From positions 117,368,001 to 117,432,000 of the forward strand of contig NC_086108.1 in assembly GCF_963921235.1 (NCBI RefSeq): a DNA stretch of 64,000 nt, written 5' to 3'. Below the pieces are notes generated by a model that saw nothing but the letters and a program-made list of their open reading frames with translations, was not told the DNA's origin and made no database searches. A program made the translations under genes and the position numbers. Source of the stretch: Mobula hypostoma. Lineage: Eukaryota. Each line of letters opens with the position of its first letter. Position 1 is the first letter of the stretch. This document shows, piece by piece, positions 26,452 through 39,017 of this stretch.

Positions 26452-27772
26452 TACCTCCTCCTAGAGATGCTGCCTGGCCTGCTGTGTTCACCAGCAACTT
26501 TGATATGTGTTGCTTGAAATTCCAGCATCTGCAGATTTCCTCGTGTGAAGCAGTGTAATAATGAGATTGTCAGGAACAGGGAGTCAGTGTGGTTCAAGGG
26601 AGTTTGGGAAACAGGGTGACCGTGTTTTTAAAGGGATTGTAGGAAACGGGAAGTCAGTGTGATAAAGGGATTGTGGTGTACAGGGAACCAGCGTGTTTAA
26701 ATGCACGTGGGGAGCAGGGGCCCAGTGTTTTTCATGGGGATGTCGGAATCAGGGAGCCAGTGTGAAGGAGGTAAGGGAACAATGAGTCGCTGTGTTTAAA
26801 TGGAGTGCAGCAAACAGGGACTCTGTGTTTAAAGGGAGCCAGTTTGTTGAGAGGGTGTCAGTGAGGCTGTGCGAAATGGGGACCCATTGTGTTTAAAGGG
26901 AGCATGGTGAATGTGTAGCCAGTGTATTTGAAGTGAATGTGTGATTCAGGGAGTTATTCTGTTTAATGGGTGTGCTTGAATAGGAAGGCAATGTGTTTAA
27001 AGGGAACATAGGAAACAGGGAGCCAATGTGTTTAAATGGTATGAGGGAAAAAAGGAGCCAGTGTGTTTAAATCTGTGGGCAACAGGGAGCCAGTGGGTTT
27101 AAAGGGGGTGCGGGAAACAAGGAGCCAGTGTGTGTAAAGTGAGGGTGAGAAATGGGGAACCAGTGTGTTTAAAGGGAGTGTGGGTAACGGAGACTCTGTA
27201 CGTGCGAGAGGTGCAAACAGAGAGCCAGTGTGTTTATAGGGATTGCAGGGAACAGGGAGCCGTGTGCTTAAAGAGAGTGTGCGAACCAGAGAGCCACTGT
27301 ATTTAAAGGAAGTGGGGGAGAAATTGGAGCCAGTGTGTTAAAAAGTATGGTGAACAGGGACCCAGAGTCTTTAAAGGGAGTCTGGGAAACAGGGACCCAG
27401 TGTGTTCAGAGTAGCTGTGTGTTTAAAAGGACTGTTGGAAACTAAGATCCAGCCTGTTTAAAGGGAATATTGGAAACAGGGACCCTGTGTGTTTAAAGGG
27501 AGTGTGTTAAACAGGGACCCAGTACGTTCAAAGGGGCTGGGCATAACAGGGAGCCTGTGTCTTTAAAAGGAGTGTCCAAAAAGGAGATCCAATGTGTTTA
27601 AATGCAGTGTGGAAAACAGGGAGCCAGTGTGCTTAAATGGGACTGTGCTAAACAGAGAGACAGTATGTTTAAAGGGTGTGTGGGAAACAGGTTGTCAGTG
27701 TGATAAGGGGAGTGTTGGGAAAGGGATTGTGGGAAACTGGGGCCCAGTGTGTTTTAAGGTAGGGTGGGAATC

Positions 27773-29821
27773 TCTATGTTCCTGTTAGGATGAAAGGAAA
27801 GGTTAAAAGTTTGAGAGAGCCATGGTTTTCAAGGGATATTGGAAACTTGGTTCGGAAAAAGAGAGATACCTACAATAAATATAGGCAGCATGGAGTAAAT
27901 GAGGTGCTCGAGGAATATAAAGAATGTAAAAAGAATCTTAAGAAAGAAATTAGAAAAGCTAAAAGAAGATACGAGGTTGCTTTGGCAAGTAAGGTAAAAA
28001 TAAATCCCAAGGGTTTCTGCCGTTATATTAATAACAAAAGGATAGTGAAGGATAAAATTGGTCCCTTAGAGAATCAGAGTGGACGGCTATGTGCGGAGCC
28101 AAAAGAGATGGGGAGATTCTGAACAATTTTTTTCTTCGGTATTCACTAAGGAGAAGGATCTTGAATTGGGTAAGATAAGAAAAACAGGTAGGGAAGTTAT
28201 GGAAACTATGATGATTAAAGAAGAGGAAGGACTAGAGCTTTAAAGGAATATAAAAGTGGATAAGTCTGCAGGTCCTGACAGGATATTCCCTAGGACCTTG
28301 AGGGAAGTTAGTGTGAAAATAGCAGGGGTTCTGACAGAAAATATTTCAAATGTCATTAGAAACGGGGATGGTGCCGGAGGATTGGCATATTGCTCATGTG
28401 GTTCATTGTTTAAAAAGGGTTCTAAGAGTAAACCTAGCAATTATCGGCCTGTGAGTTTGACCTCAGTGGTGGGTAAATTGATGGAAAGTATTCTTAGGGA
28501 TGGTATATATAATTATCTGGATGGACAGGGTCCGATTAGGAATAGTCAACATGGATTTGTGCGTGGAAGATCATGTTTGACAAATCTTATTGAATTTTTT
28601 GAAGAGGTTACTAGGAAAGTTGACGAAGGTAAAGCGGTGGATGTTGCCTGCATGGACTTCAGTAAGGCCTTTGACAAGGTCCCACACAGAAGGTTGGTTA
28701 GGAAGGTTGAATCGTTAGGTATTAATATTGAAGAGGTAAAATGGATTCAGCAGTGGCTGGATGGGAGACGCCAGAGAGTAATGGTGGATAACTGTTTGTC
28801 AGATTGGAGGCCGGTGTCTAGTGGTGTGCCTCAGGGATCCGTACTGGGTCCAATGTTATTTGTCATATACATTAATGATCTGGATGATGGGGTGGTAAAT
28901 TGGATGAGTAAGTATGCAGAAGATACTAAGATAGGTGAAGTTGTGGATAATGAAGTAGGTTTTCAAAGCTTGCAGAGAGATTTAGGCCGGTTAAAAGAGT
29001 GGGCTGAAAGATGGCAGGTGGAGTTTAATGCTGCTAAATGTAAGGTGTTACATTTTGGTAGGACTAATCAAAATAGGACATACATGGTAAATGGTAGGGC
29101 ATTGAAGAATGCGGTAGAACAGAGGGATCTAGGAACAATGGTGCATAGTTCCCTGAAGGTGAAATCTCATGTGGTTAGGGTGGTGAAGAAAGGTTTTGGT
29201 ATGCTGGCCTTTATTAATCAAAGCATTGAGTATAGGAGTTGGGATGTAATGTTGAAATTGTACAAGGCATTGGTGAGGCCAAATTTGGAGTATTGTGTAC
29301 AGTTTTGGACACCGAATTATAGGAAAGATGTCAACAAAACAGAGAGAGTACAGAGAAGATTTACTAGAATGTTACCTGGGTTTCATCTCCTAAGTTACAG
29401 AGAAAGGTTGAACAGGTTGGATCTTTATTCTTTGAAACATAGGTTGAGGGGGGACTTGATAGAGGTATTTAAAATAATGGGGGGGTAGATAGATTTGATG
29501 TTAATAGGCTTTTTCCATTGAGAGTGGGGGAGATTCAAACAAGAGGACATGAGTTGAGAGTTAAAGGGCAAAAGTTTACGGGTAACATGAGGGGGAGCTT
29601 CTTTACTCAGAGAGTGGTAGCTGTGTGGAACGAGCTTCCAGCAGAAGTGGTTGAGGCAGGTTCGATATTGTCATTTAAAGTTAAATTGGATAGCTATATG
29701 GACAGGAAAGGAATGGAGGGTTATGGGCTAAGTGCAGGTTGGTGGGACTAGGTGAGAGTAAGAGTTCGGCACGGACTAGAAGGGCCGAGATGGCCTGTTT
29801 CCGTGCTGTAATTGTTATATG
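27773..29821 (+). mobile_element. 5'-truncated CR1 LINE (RT domain and 3' end) in the satellite
   Basis: 410-aa ORF 28256-29488 reads NYRPVSLTSVVGK...DFSKAFDKV...GVPQGSVLGP...YAEDTK (catalytic DD altered to ED), with flanking frameshifts. Confidence 0.92.
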
Positions 29822-32516
29822 GGAAACATGGAACCAGTGTGTTTAAAGGGGGTGTGGGGAACAGGGAGTCAGTGCTTTAATGGGACTAAGGGGAACATGA
29901 GACAATGTGTTTAAAAGCTGTCAGGGAAACAGGGAATCTGTGTTAAAAAGTGTGTGAAACAGGGACCTGGTGTTTAAAGGGAGTGTCAGAAACTGAGATC
30001 CAACATGTTTGAAGGTGGTGTGGGGAACAAGGAGCCATTGCGTTGAAATGGAAAGTGGGAAACGGGGAGTCAGTGTGTTTGAAGGGATTGTGGGGAGCAG
30101 GGAGCCAGTGTGTTTAAAGGGAGTGTGGGGAACGGGGAACCAGTGTGTTTGAAGGGAGTGTGGGGAACAGGGAGCCAGAGTGTTTGAAGGGATTGTGGGG
30201 AGCAGGGAGCCAGTGTGTTTAAAGGGAGTGTGGGAGACATGGAACCAGTGTGTTTAAAGGGAGTGTGGGGAACGGGGAACCAGTGTGTTTAAAGGGAGTG
30301 TGGGAAACATGGAACCAGTGTGTTTAAAGGGAGTGTGGGAGACATGGAACCAGTGTGTTTAAAGGGAGTGTGGGGAGCAGGGAGCCAGTGTGTTTAAAGG
30401 GGGTGTGGGGAATGGGGAGCCAGTGTGTTTAAAGGGAGTGTGGGGAAACATGGAACCAGTGTGTTTAAAGGGGGTGTGGGGAATGGGGAGCCAGTGTGTT
30501 TAAAGGGAGTGTGGGAGACATGGAACCAGTGTGTTTAAAGGGGGTGTGGGGAACAGGGAGCCAGTGTGTTTAAAAGCTGTCAGGGAAACAAGGAGTCTGT
30601 GTTTAAAAGTGTGGGAAACAGGGACCTGGTGTGTTCAAAGGGGCTGTGCAAAACAGGGACCTGGTGCTTAAAGGGAGTGTCAGAAACTGAGATCCAACAT
30701 GTTTGAAGGTGGTGTGGGGAACGAGGAGCCATTGAGTTGAAATAGAAAGTGGGAAACAGGGAGTCAGTGTGTTTGAAGGGATTGTGGGGAGCAGGGAGAC
30801 AGTGTATTCAAAAGCAGCGAGAGCAACAGGGAGTCTCTGTGGAGTGTACAGAGTGTACACAGTCCTTGTGTGTTTAAAGGGAGAGAAGCAAACAGGAAGC
30901 CTGTGCGCTTAAAAGAGTGGGAATCTTGGACCTCATGTATTTAAAGGGATTGTGAGTAACAGGAAGCCAAAGTGGTTAAAGGGTGTATGGGGAATGTGAT
31001 GTGTAGCCAGTGTGTTTGAATTGTGCGTGGGATTCAGGGAGTCATTGTGTTTGAAGTGAGTGTGTGGTAGAGGGAGATGATCTGTTTAAAGTGAGTGTGG
31101 GAAACAGGTACCCAATATGTTTAAAGGGTGTGAGGGAAACCAGGATCCAGTGTGTTGAAAACTGTGGGAAACAGAGACCCATAAGACCGTGAGACAGAGG
31201 AGCAGAATTAGGCCATTCAGCACATTGAGTCTACTCTGTCAATCCATGATGGCTGTTCCCAGATCCCACTCAACCCCATACACCTGCCCTCTTGCCATAT
31301 CCTTTGATGCCATGACCAATCAGGAAACGATCAACTTCTGCCTTAAATTGACTTGGCCTCCATCACAGTCTGTGGTAGAATATTCCACAGATTTACTACT
31401 CTCTGGCTAAAAGAATTCCTCCTTACTCTATGCTAAAGAGTCACCCCTCAATTTTGATGCTAGGCCCTCTAGTTCTGGATACTCCCACCATAGGAAACAT
31501 CCTCTCCACATCACCCTTCAGTAAGTTTCGATGAGATCCCTACGCATTTTTCTAAGTTCCAGTCAGTACAGACCCAAAACTACCAAATGCTCCTCATATG
31601 TTAGCCCTTTCATTCCCGGAATCATCCTTGTGAACCTTCCCTGGACTTCCTCCAATGACAACACATCCTTTCTGAGATATGGGGCCTAAAGCTATTGACA
31701 ATATTCCAAATGTGGCTTGACTAGTGTCTTATAAAAGCAAGGAGATAATGCTGAGCCTTTATATTCTATTCCCCTTGAAATAAATGCCAACATTGAATTT
31801 GCCTTCTTTATCACAGACTCAACCTGTAAATTAACCTTCTGGGGGTCTTGCATGAGGACTCCTAAGTCCCTCTGTACCTCTGATGTTTAAATTTTCTCCC
31901 TAATTAGATAATAGACCACACTATTGTTCCTTTTGCAAAAAAGCGTTATCATACATTTCCGAACACTGCATTCCATCTGCCACTTTTTTGCCCATTCTTC
32001 CACTTTGTTTCAGTTCCACTGCAACTACATTGCTTCCTCAGCACTACCTAACCCTCCACCTATCTTCGTATCATCCACAAACTTTGACACAAAGCCATCA
32101 TTTCCATTATCTAAATCATTGACAAACAATGTGAAAAGCAGTGGTCCCAATACTGACCCCTGAGTCAGCGGCAGCCAACCGGAAAAGGCCCCTTTTATTC
32201 CCACTGGCTGCCTCCTGCCTGTCAGCCATTACACTATCCATGCCAGTATCTTTCCTGTAATACCATAGGATTTTATCTTGTTAAGCAGCCTCATGCGTGA
32301 CACCTTATCAAATGCCTTCTGAAAATCCAAGAGTCCACTGCCTCTCCTTTGTCCACCCTGCTTGTTACTTCCTGAAAGAACTCTTAACAGATTTGTCAGG
32401 CAAGATTTCCCTTTACAGAAACCATGCTGACTTTGACTTATTTTATCATTAGTCTCCAAGTACCTCAAAACCTGATCCTTAATGAAAGACTCCAATACTT
32501 TCCAAACCACTGAGGA

Positions 32517-32666
32517 GATCTCCCCCTCCCCCTCCAACTTTCAAATCCCTTACGCACTCTTCCTTCAGTTAGTCCTGACGAAGGGTCTCGGCCTGAAACG
32601 TCGACTGCACATCTTCCTAGAGATGCTGCCTGGCCTGCTGCGTTCACCAGCAACTTTTATGTGTGT
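32517..32666 (+). mobile_element. 150-bp Penelope-family 3' fragment with hammerhead motif
   Basis: Closely matches ~63726-63875; no TSD evident. Confidence 0.82.
32570..32607 (+). ncRNA. Minimal type I hammerhead ribozyme motif (intact core)
   Basis: TAGTC-CTGACGA-A-GGGT(CTCG)GCCT-GAAAC-GTC-GACTG. Confidence 0.78.
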
Positions 32667-34403
32667 CCCATGAATTCAAACCCACTTTTCCCACACTAAT
32701 CCTTCAGCCATTCATTTAGCTCTCTAATCTTCTTGACCCTATGCCAGTTTGCACGTGGCTCAAGTAGGGATACAGAGATTGCCAACTTTTTGATTCTGCT
32801 TTTTAATTTAGTCCCTAGCTGTTCAAATTCTCTCTTTCCTTCTACCCATGTCATTGGTACCCACATAGACCACAACAACTGGATCTTTCCCTTCCCACAG
32901 CAACATCCCTCTGCAGATCAGATAAGATGGCCTGAACCTGGGCACCAGGCAGGCAACACAGCCTTGAGAATGCTTTGTCCTTGTGACAGAAAACTCCGTC
33001 TATTCCCCTGACTGTACTATTCCCAATTACCACTACATTTCTCTTCTGTCCCCCTCTTGAATCACTCCCTGAACTACAGCGTCATAGTGAGGTTGCTCAT
33101 CCTTCCTACAGCCCCCACTCTCATCCACCCAGGGAGCAAGAACCTCAGACCTGCTGGACAAGATCAAGGGCTGAGGCTCCTCCAGCACCTTCTCTTGGAT
33201 CCCACTACCCACCTCACTCACAGTCACACCCTCTTGTCCCTGACCACAGACCGGATTTGAGGCAGCTAATCTAATGGTGTGATTACCACCTGAAACAGAG
33301 AATCCAGGTAACTCTCCCACTCCCTGATGTGCCGCAGTGTTTGAACCTCAGATTCCAGGTCATCAACTTTGAGTCTGATTTCCTCGAGCAGCCAACACTT
33401 GCTGCAAGATGTGGTCACCAGGAACCACAATGGGGTCCACCAGCTCCCACATCATGCAGCTATGCACATCACCTGGTCCTGCATCATCCCTACTTTATTT
33501 AATCAGCTGTAATTTAATGACTTTTTATTTAACCACTACAAAAGCTTTCCCTGCAATTTACCTGTGCTCCTCGCTAAAGCCTCAAGGTCCCACTCCTACA
33601 CTGGTCCACTCACACAATGGCTGCTCTGCTTTGACTCTACTTTTACTTTTATTTGCTTCAGCTAATGAATCGCAAATGGATTGGTCTGCCGCTAATGCGC
33701 TGAGCCGCGCAAAATGCTCTCTCTGTCTCTCTCTCTCTGCAAATTGATTGGTCGGCCGTTAATGCTAGTGTGTTTATACACATGTGGGGATCAGGGAGCC
33801 AGAGTGATACAGGGATTGTCAGGAACAGGAAGTCAGCGTGCTTAAAAGGAGTGTAAGAAACAGGGTGACATTGTTTTTAAAGGGAGTGTGGGAAATGGGA
33901 GCCAGTGTGGTTAAAGGGAGTGTGGGACCAGGGAGTCAGTGTGTTGAAAGAATATGAGGGAAACAAGGGTCCAGTATGTTTAAAACTGTGTGAAACAGGG
34001 ACTCAGTGTGTTCAAAGGGAGTGTGGGAAATTGGGGAGCCAGAGTGATGAAGGGATTGTCGACAAAAGGGTTTTCAGTTTGTTTAAAGGTAGTGTGGAGA
34101 TCAGGGAACCAGTGTGTTTAAAGGTAGTGTGGAGATCAGGGAGCCATTGTGTTTAAAGGGAGTGTGGAGATCAGGGAGTCAGTGTGTTTAAAGGGAGTGT
34201 GGGGATCAGGGAACCAGTGTGTTTAAAGGGAGTGTGGAGATCAGGGAGCCAGTGCGTTTAAAGCTAGTGTGGGAGACATGGAACCAGTATGTTTAAAGGG
34301 AGTGTGTGATACAGGGAGATAGCGTGTTTAAAGGGAGTGTGTGATACAGGGAGATAGCGTGTTTAAAGGGAGTGTGTGATTCAGGGAGGTAGCGTGTTTA
34401 AAG

Positions 34404-35322
34404 CTGGGTGGCAGTGTTAGCAGTGAGGAGGATGCTAAGAGGATGCAGGGTGACTTGGATAGGTTGGGTGAGTGGGCAAACTCATGGAAGATGCAATTTA
34501 ATGTGGATAAATGTGAAGTTATCCACTTTGGTGGCAAAAATAGGAAAACAGATTATTATCTGAATGGTGGCCGATTAGGAAAAGGGGAGGTGCAACGAGA
34601 CCTGGGTGTCATTATACACCAGTCATTGAAAGTGGGCATGCAGGTACAGCAGGCGGTGAAAAAGGCGAATGGTATGCTGGCATTTATAGCGAGAGGATTC
34701 GAGTACAGGAGCAGGGAGGTACTACTGCAGTTATACAAGGCCTTGGTGAGACCACACCTGGAGTATTGTGTGCAGTTTTGGTCCCCTAATCTGAGGAAAG
34801 ACATCTTTGCCATAGAGGGAGTACAAAGAAGGTTCACCAGATTGATTCCTGGGATGGCAGGACTTTCATATGAAGAAAGACTGGATGAACTGGGCTTGTA
34901 CTCTTTGGAATTTAGAAGATTGAGGTGGGATCTGATTGAAACGTATAAGATCCTAAAGGGATTGGACAGGCTAGATGCAGGAAGATTGTTCCCGATGTTG
35001 GGGAAGTCCAGAACGAGGGGTCACAGTTTGAGGATAGAGGGGAAGCCTTTTAGGACCGAGATTAGGAAAAACTTCTTCACACAGAGAGTGATGAATCTGT
35101 GGAATTCTCTGCCACAGCAAACTGTTGAGGCCAGTTCATTGGTTATGTTTAAAAGGGAGTTAGATATGGCCCTTGTGGCTACGGGGGTCAGGGGGTATGG
35201 AGGGAAGGCTGGGGCGGGGTTCTGAGTTGGATGATCAGCCATGATCATAATAAATGGCGGTGCAGGCTCAAAGGGCCGAATGGCCTACTCCTGCACCTAT
35301 CTTCTATGTTTCTATGTTTCTA
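34404..35322 (+). mobile_element. 919-bp CR1 3' fragment, copy 1 of 3
   Basis: Open 260-aa ORF2 C-terminus (34443-35225), (TTCTATGT)n tail, flanked by TAAAG on both sides. Confidence 0.93.
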
Positions 35323-38300
35323 TAAAGGGAGTGTGTGATACAGGGAGATAGCGTGTTTAAAGGGAGTGTGTGATACAGGGAGATAGCGTGTTTAAAGGGA
35401 GTGTGTGATACAGGGAGATAGCGTGTTTAAAGGGAGTGTGTGATACAGGGAGATAGCGTGTTTAAAGGGAGTGTGTGATACAGGGAGATAGCGTGTTTAA
35501 AGAGAGTGTGTGATACAGGGAGGTAGCGTGTTTAAAGGGAGTGTGTGATACAGGGAGCCAGTGTGTTTAAAGGGAGTGTGTGATTCAGGGAGGTAGCGTG
35601 TTTAAAGGGAGTGTGTGATACAGGGAGGTAGCGTGTTTAAAGGGAGTGTGTGATACAGGGAGATAGCGTGTTTAAAGGGAGTGTGTGACACAGGGAGAAA
35701 GTGTGTTTAAAGGGAGTGTGTGATACAGGGGGATAGTGTGTTTAAAGGGAGTGTGTGATACAGGGAGATAGCGTGTTTAAAGGGAGTGTGTGATACAGGG
35801 AGATAGCCTGTTTAAAGGGAGTGTGTGATACAGGGAGATAGCGTGTTTAAAGGGAGTGTGTGATACAGGGAGATAGCGTGTTTAAAGGGAGTGTGTGATA
35901 CAGGGAGATAGCGTGTTTAAAGGGAGTGTGTGATACAGGGAGATAGCGTGTTTAAAGGGAGTGTGTGATACAGGGAGATAGCGTGTTTAAAGGGAGTGTG
36001 TGATACAGGGAGATAGTGTGTTTAAAGGGAGTGTGTGATACAGGGAGCCAGTGTGTTTAAAGGGAGTGTGTGATTCAGGGAGGTAGCGTGTTTAAAGGGA
36101 GTGTGTGATACAGGGAGATAGCGTGTTTAAAGGGAGTGTGTGATACAGGGAGATAGCGTGTTTAAAGGGAGTGTGTGATACAGGGAGATAGCGTGTTTAA
36201 AGGGAGTGTGTGATACAGGGTGATAGCGTGTTTAAAGGGAGTGTGTGACACAGGGAGAAAGTGTGTTTAAAGGGAGTGTGTGATACAGGGAGATAGTGTG
36301 TTTAAAGGGAGTGTGTGATACAGGGAGATAGCGTGTTTAAAGGGAGTGTGTGATACAGGGAGATAGCCTGTTTAAAGGGAGTGTGTGATACAGGGAGATA
36401 GCGTGTTTAAAGGGAGTGTGTGATACAGGGCGATAGCGTGTTTAAAGGGAGTGTGTGATACAGGGAGATAGTGTGTTTAAAGGGAGTGTGTGATACAGGG
36501 AGATAGTGTGTTTAAAGGGAGTGTGTGATACAGGGAGATAGTGTGTTTAAAGGGAGTGTGTGATACAGGGAGATAGTGTGTTTAAAGGGAGTGTGTGATA
36601 CAGGGAGATAGCGTGTTTAAAAGCAATGGGGGAAAAAGGAACTACTGTGTTCAAAGGAGTGGTAAACAGGGACCTCATGAATTTAAAGGGATTGTGGTGA
36701 ACAGGGAACCAGTGTGTTTAAAAAGGTTTGGGAAACAGGGAGCTTGTGTTTGTCAAGGGAGTGTAGAAATCAGGGAGCCAGTGTGATTAAGGGATTGTCT
36801 GGACAGGGAGTTAGTGTGTTTAAATACATGGGGGGAACAGGGAGCCAGTAATGTCCAAAGGGTCTGTGCAAAACAGTAGCCTATGTGTTTTAAAGGAGCG
36901 TCAGAAACTGAGATCGAACGTGTTTACAGGGAATGTGGGAAACAGGGAGCCTGGGCGTTGAAAAGCCTGTATGCTTAAAAAGTAGTGTGGAAACAGGGAA
37001 GCCGGTATGTTTAGTAAGTAGTGAAGGAAATAGGGACCCTGCGTGTTAAAAAGGAGAGTGAAACAAGGAGCAAGTCTGCTTAAAGGGAATGTGGGATCAG
37101 GGAGCCATTGTGTTTAAAGGGAAGGTGAGAAACAGGGAGCCAGTGTGTTTAAAGGGAGTGTGGGGAACAGGGAGCCAGTGTGTTTAAAGGGAGTGTGTGA
37201 TACAGGGAGATAGCGTGTTTAAAGGGAGTGTGTGATACAGGGAGATAGCATGTTTAATGGGGAGTGTGTGATACAGGGAGATAGCGTGTTTAAAGGGAGT
37301 GTGTGATAAAGGGAGATAGCGTGTTTAGAGGGAGTGTGTGATACAGGGAAATAGCATGTTTAAAGGGAGTGTGTGATACAGGGAGCCAGTGAGTTTAAAG
37401 GGAGTGTGTGATACAGGGAGCCAGTGTGTTTCAAGGGAGTGTGTGATACAGGGAGCCAGTGTGTTTAAAGGGAGTGTGTGATACAGGGAGATAGCATGTT
37501 TACAGGGAGTGAGTGATACAGGGAGATAGTGTGTTTAAAGGGAGTGTGAGATACAGGGAGATAGCGTGTTTAAAGGGAGTGTGTGATACAGGGAGATAGC
37601 CTGTTTAAAGGGAGTGTGTGATACAGGGAGATAGCGTGTTTAAAGGGAGTGTGTGATACAGGGAGATAGCGTGTTTAAAGGGAGTGTGTGATACAGGGAG
37701 CCAGTATGTTTAAAGGGAGTGTGTGATACAGGGAGATAGTGTTTTTAAAGGGAGTGTGTGATACAGGGAGATAGCGTGTTTAAAAGGAGTGTGTGATACA
37801 GGGAGATAGCGTGTTTAAAGGGAGTGTGTGATACAGGGAGATAGCGTGTTTAAAGGGAGTGTGTGATACAGGGAGATAGCGTGTTTAAAGGGAGTGTGTG
37901 ATACAGGGAGCCAGTATGTTTAAAGGGAGTGTGTGATACAGGGAGATAGTGTTTTTAAAGGGAGTGTGTGATACAGGGAGATAGCGTGTTTAAAGGGAGT
38001 GTGTGATACAGGGAGATAGCGTGTTTAAAGGGAGTGTGTGATACAGGGAGATAGCGTGTTTAAAGGGAGTGTGTGATACAGGGATATAGCGTGTTTAAAG
38101 GGAGTGTGTGATACAGGGAGATAGTGTGTTGAAAAGCAATGGGGGAAAAAGGAACTATTGTGTTCAAAGGAGTGGGAAACAGGGACCTCATGAATTTAAA
38201 GGGATTGTGGTGAACAGGGAACCAGTGTGTTTAAAAAGGTTTGGGAAACAGGGAGCTTGTGTTTGTCAAGGGAGTGTAGAAATCAGGGAGCCAGTGTGAT

Positions 38301-39017
38301 TAAGGGATTGTCTGGACAGGGAGTTAGTGTGTTTCAATACATGGGGGGAACAGGGAGCCAGTAATGTCCAAAGGGTCTGTGCAAAACAGTAGCCTATGCG
38401 TTTTAAAGGAGTGTCAGAAACTGAGATCGAACGTGTTTAAAGGGAATGTGGGAAACAGGGAGCCTGGGCGTTGAAAAACCTGTATGCTTAAAAGGTAGTG
38501 TGGAAACAGGGAAGCCGGTATATTTAGTAAGTAGTGAAGGAAACAGGAATCCTGCGTGTTTAAAAGGAGAGTGAAACAAGGAGCAAGTCTGCTTAAAGGG
38601 AATGTGGGATCACGGAGCCATTATGTTTAAAGGGAGGGTGAGAAACAGGGAGCCAGTGTGTTTAAAGGGAGTGTGGGGAACAGGGAGCCAGTGTGTTTAA
38701 AGGGAGTGTGTAATACAGGGAGATAGTGTGTTTAAAGGGAGTGTGTGATACAGGGAGCCAGTGTGTTTAAAGGGAGTGTGTGATTCAGGGAGGTAGCGTG
38801 TTTAAAGGGAGTGTGTGAGACAGGGAGATAGCGTGTTTAAAGGGAGTGTGTGATACAGGGAGATAGCGTGTTTAAAGGGAGTGTGTGATTCAGGGAGGTA
38901 GCGTGTTTAAAGGGAGTGTGTGATACAGGGAGATAGCGTGTTTAAAGGGAGTGTGTGATACAGGGAGATAGCGTGTTTAAAGGGAGTGTGTGATACAGGG
39001 AGATAGCATGTTTAAAG

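Larger units (their letters stand above)
25564..26550. mobile_element. Penelope-like insertion with inverted structure: minus 3' arm (25564-25948) joined to plus GIY-YIG C-terminus and 3' arm (25948-26550)
   Basis: 15-bp TSD CAGTGTAATAATGAG at 25549-25563 and 26551-26565. Arms 25564-25948 and 26129-26512 are imperfect reverse complements. The spacer encodes a remnant of ATxFNSTSHSHSDMSIHGLLYC...QPDGMNI. Confidence 0.88.
31179..33766 (-). mobile_element. CR1 LINE with 3' end, RT remnant, ORF1 esterase and probable 5' UTR; large internal deletion
   Basis: Reverse 3' terminus ccataagaccgtgagacagaggagcagaattagg, an RT remnant (ORF 32229-32537) and ORF1 VIGNSTVRGID...CCLPGA (32851-33033). Confidence 0.82.
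22010..34290 (+). repeat. 35-bp satellite, diverged left flank (consensus approx. GTGTGTTTAAAGGGAGTGTGGGAAACAGGGAGCCA), interrupted by TEs
   Basis: Head-to-tail ~35-bp units with TTTAAAGGG and CAGGGAG landmarks, highly variable between units. Confidence 0.92.
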
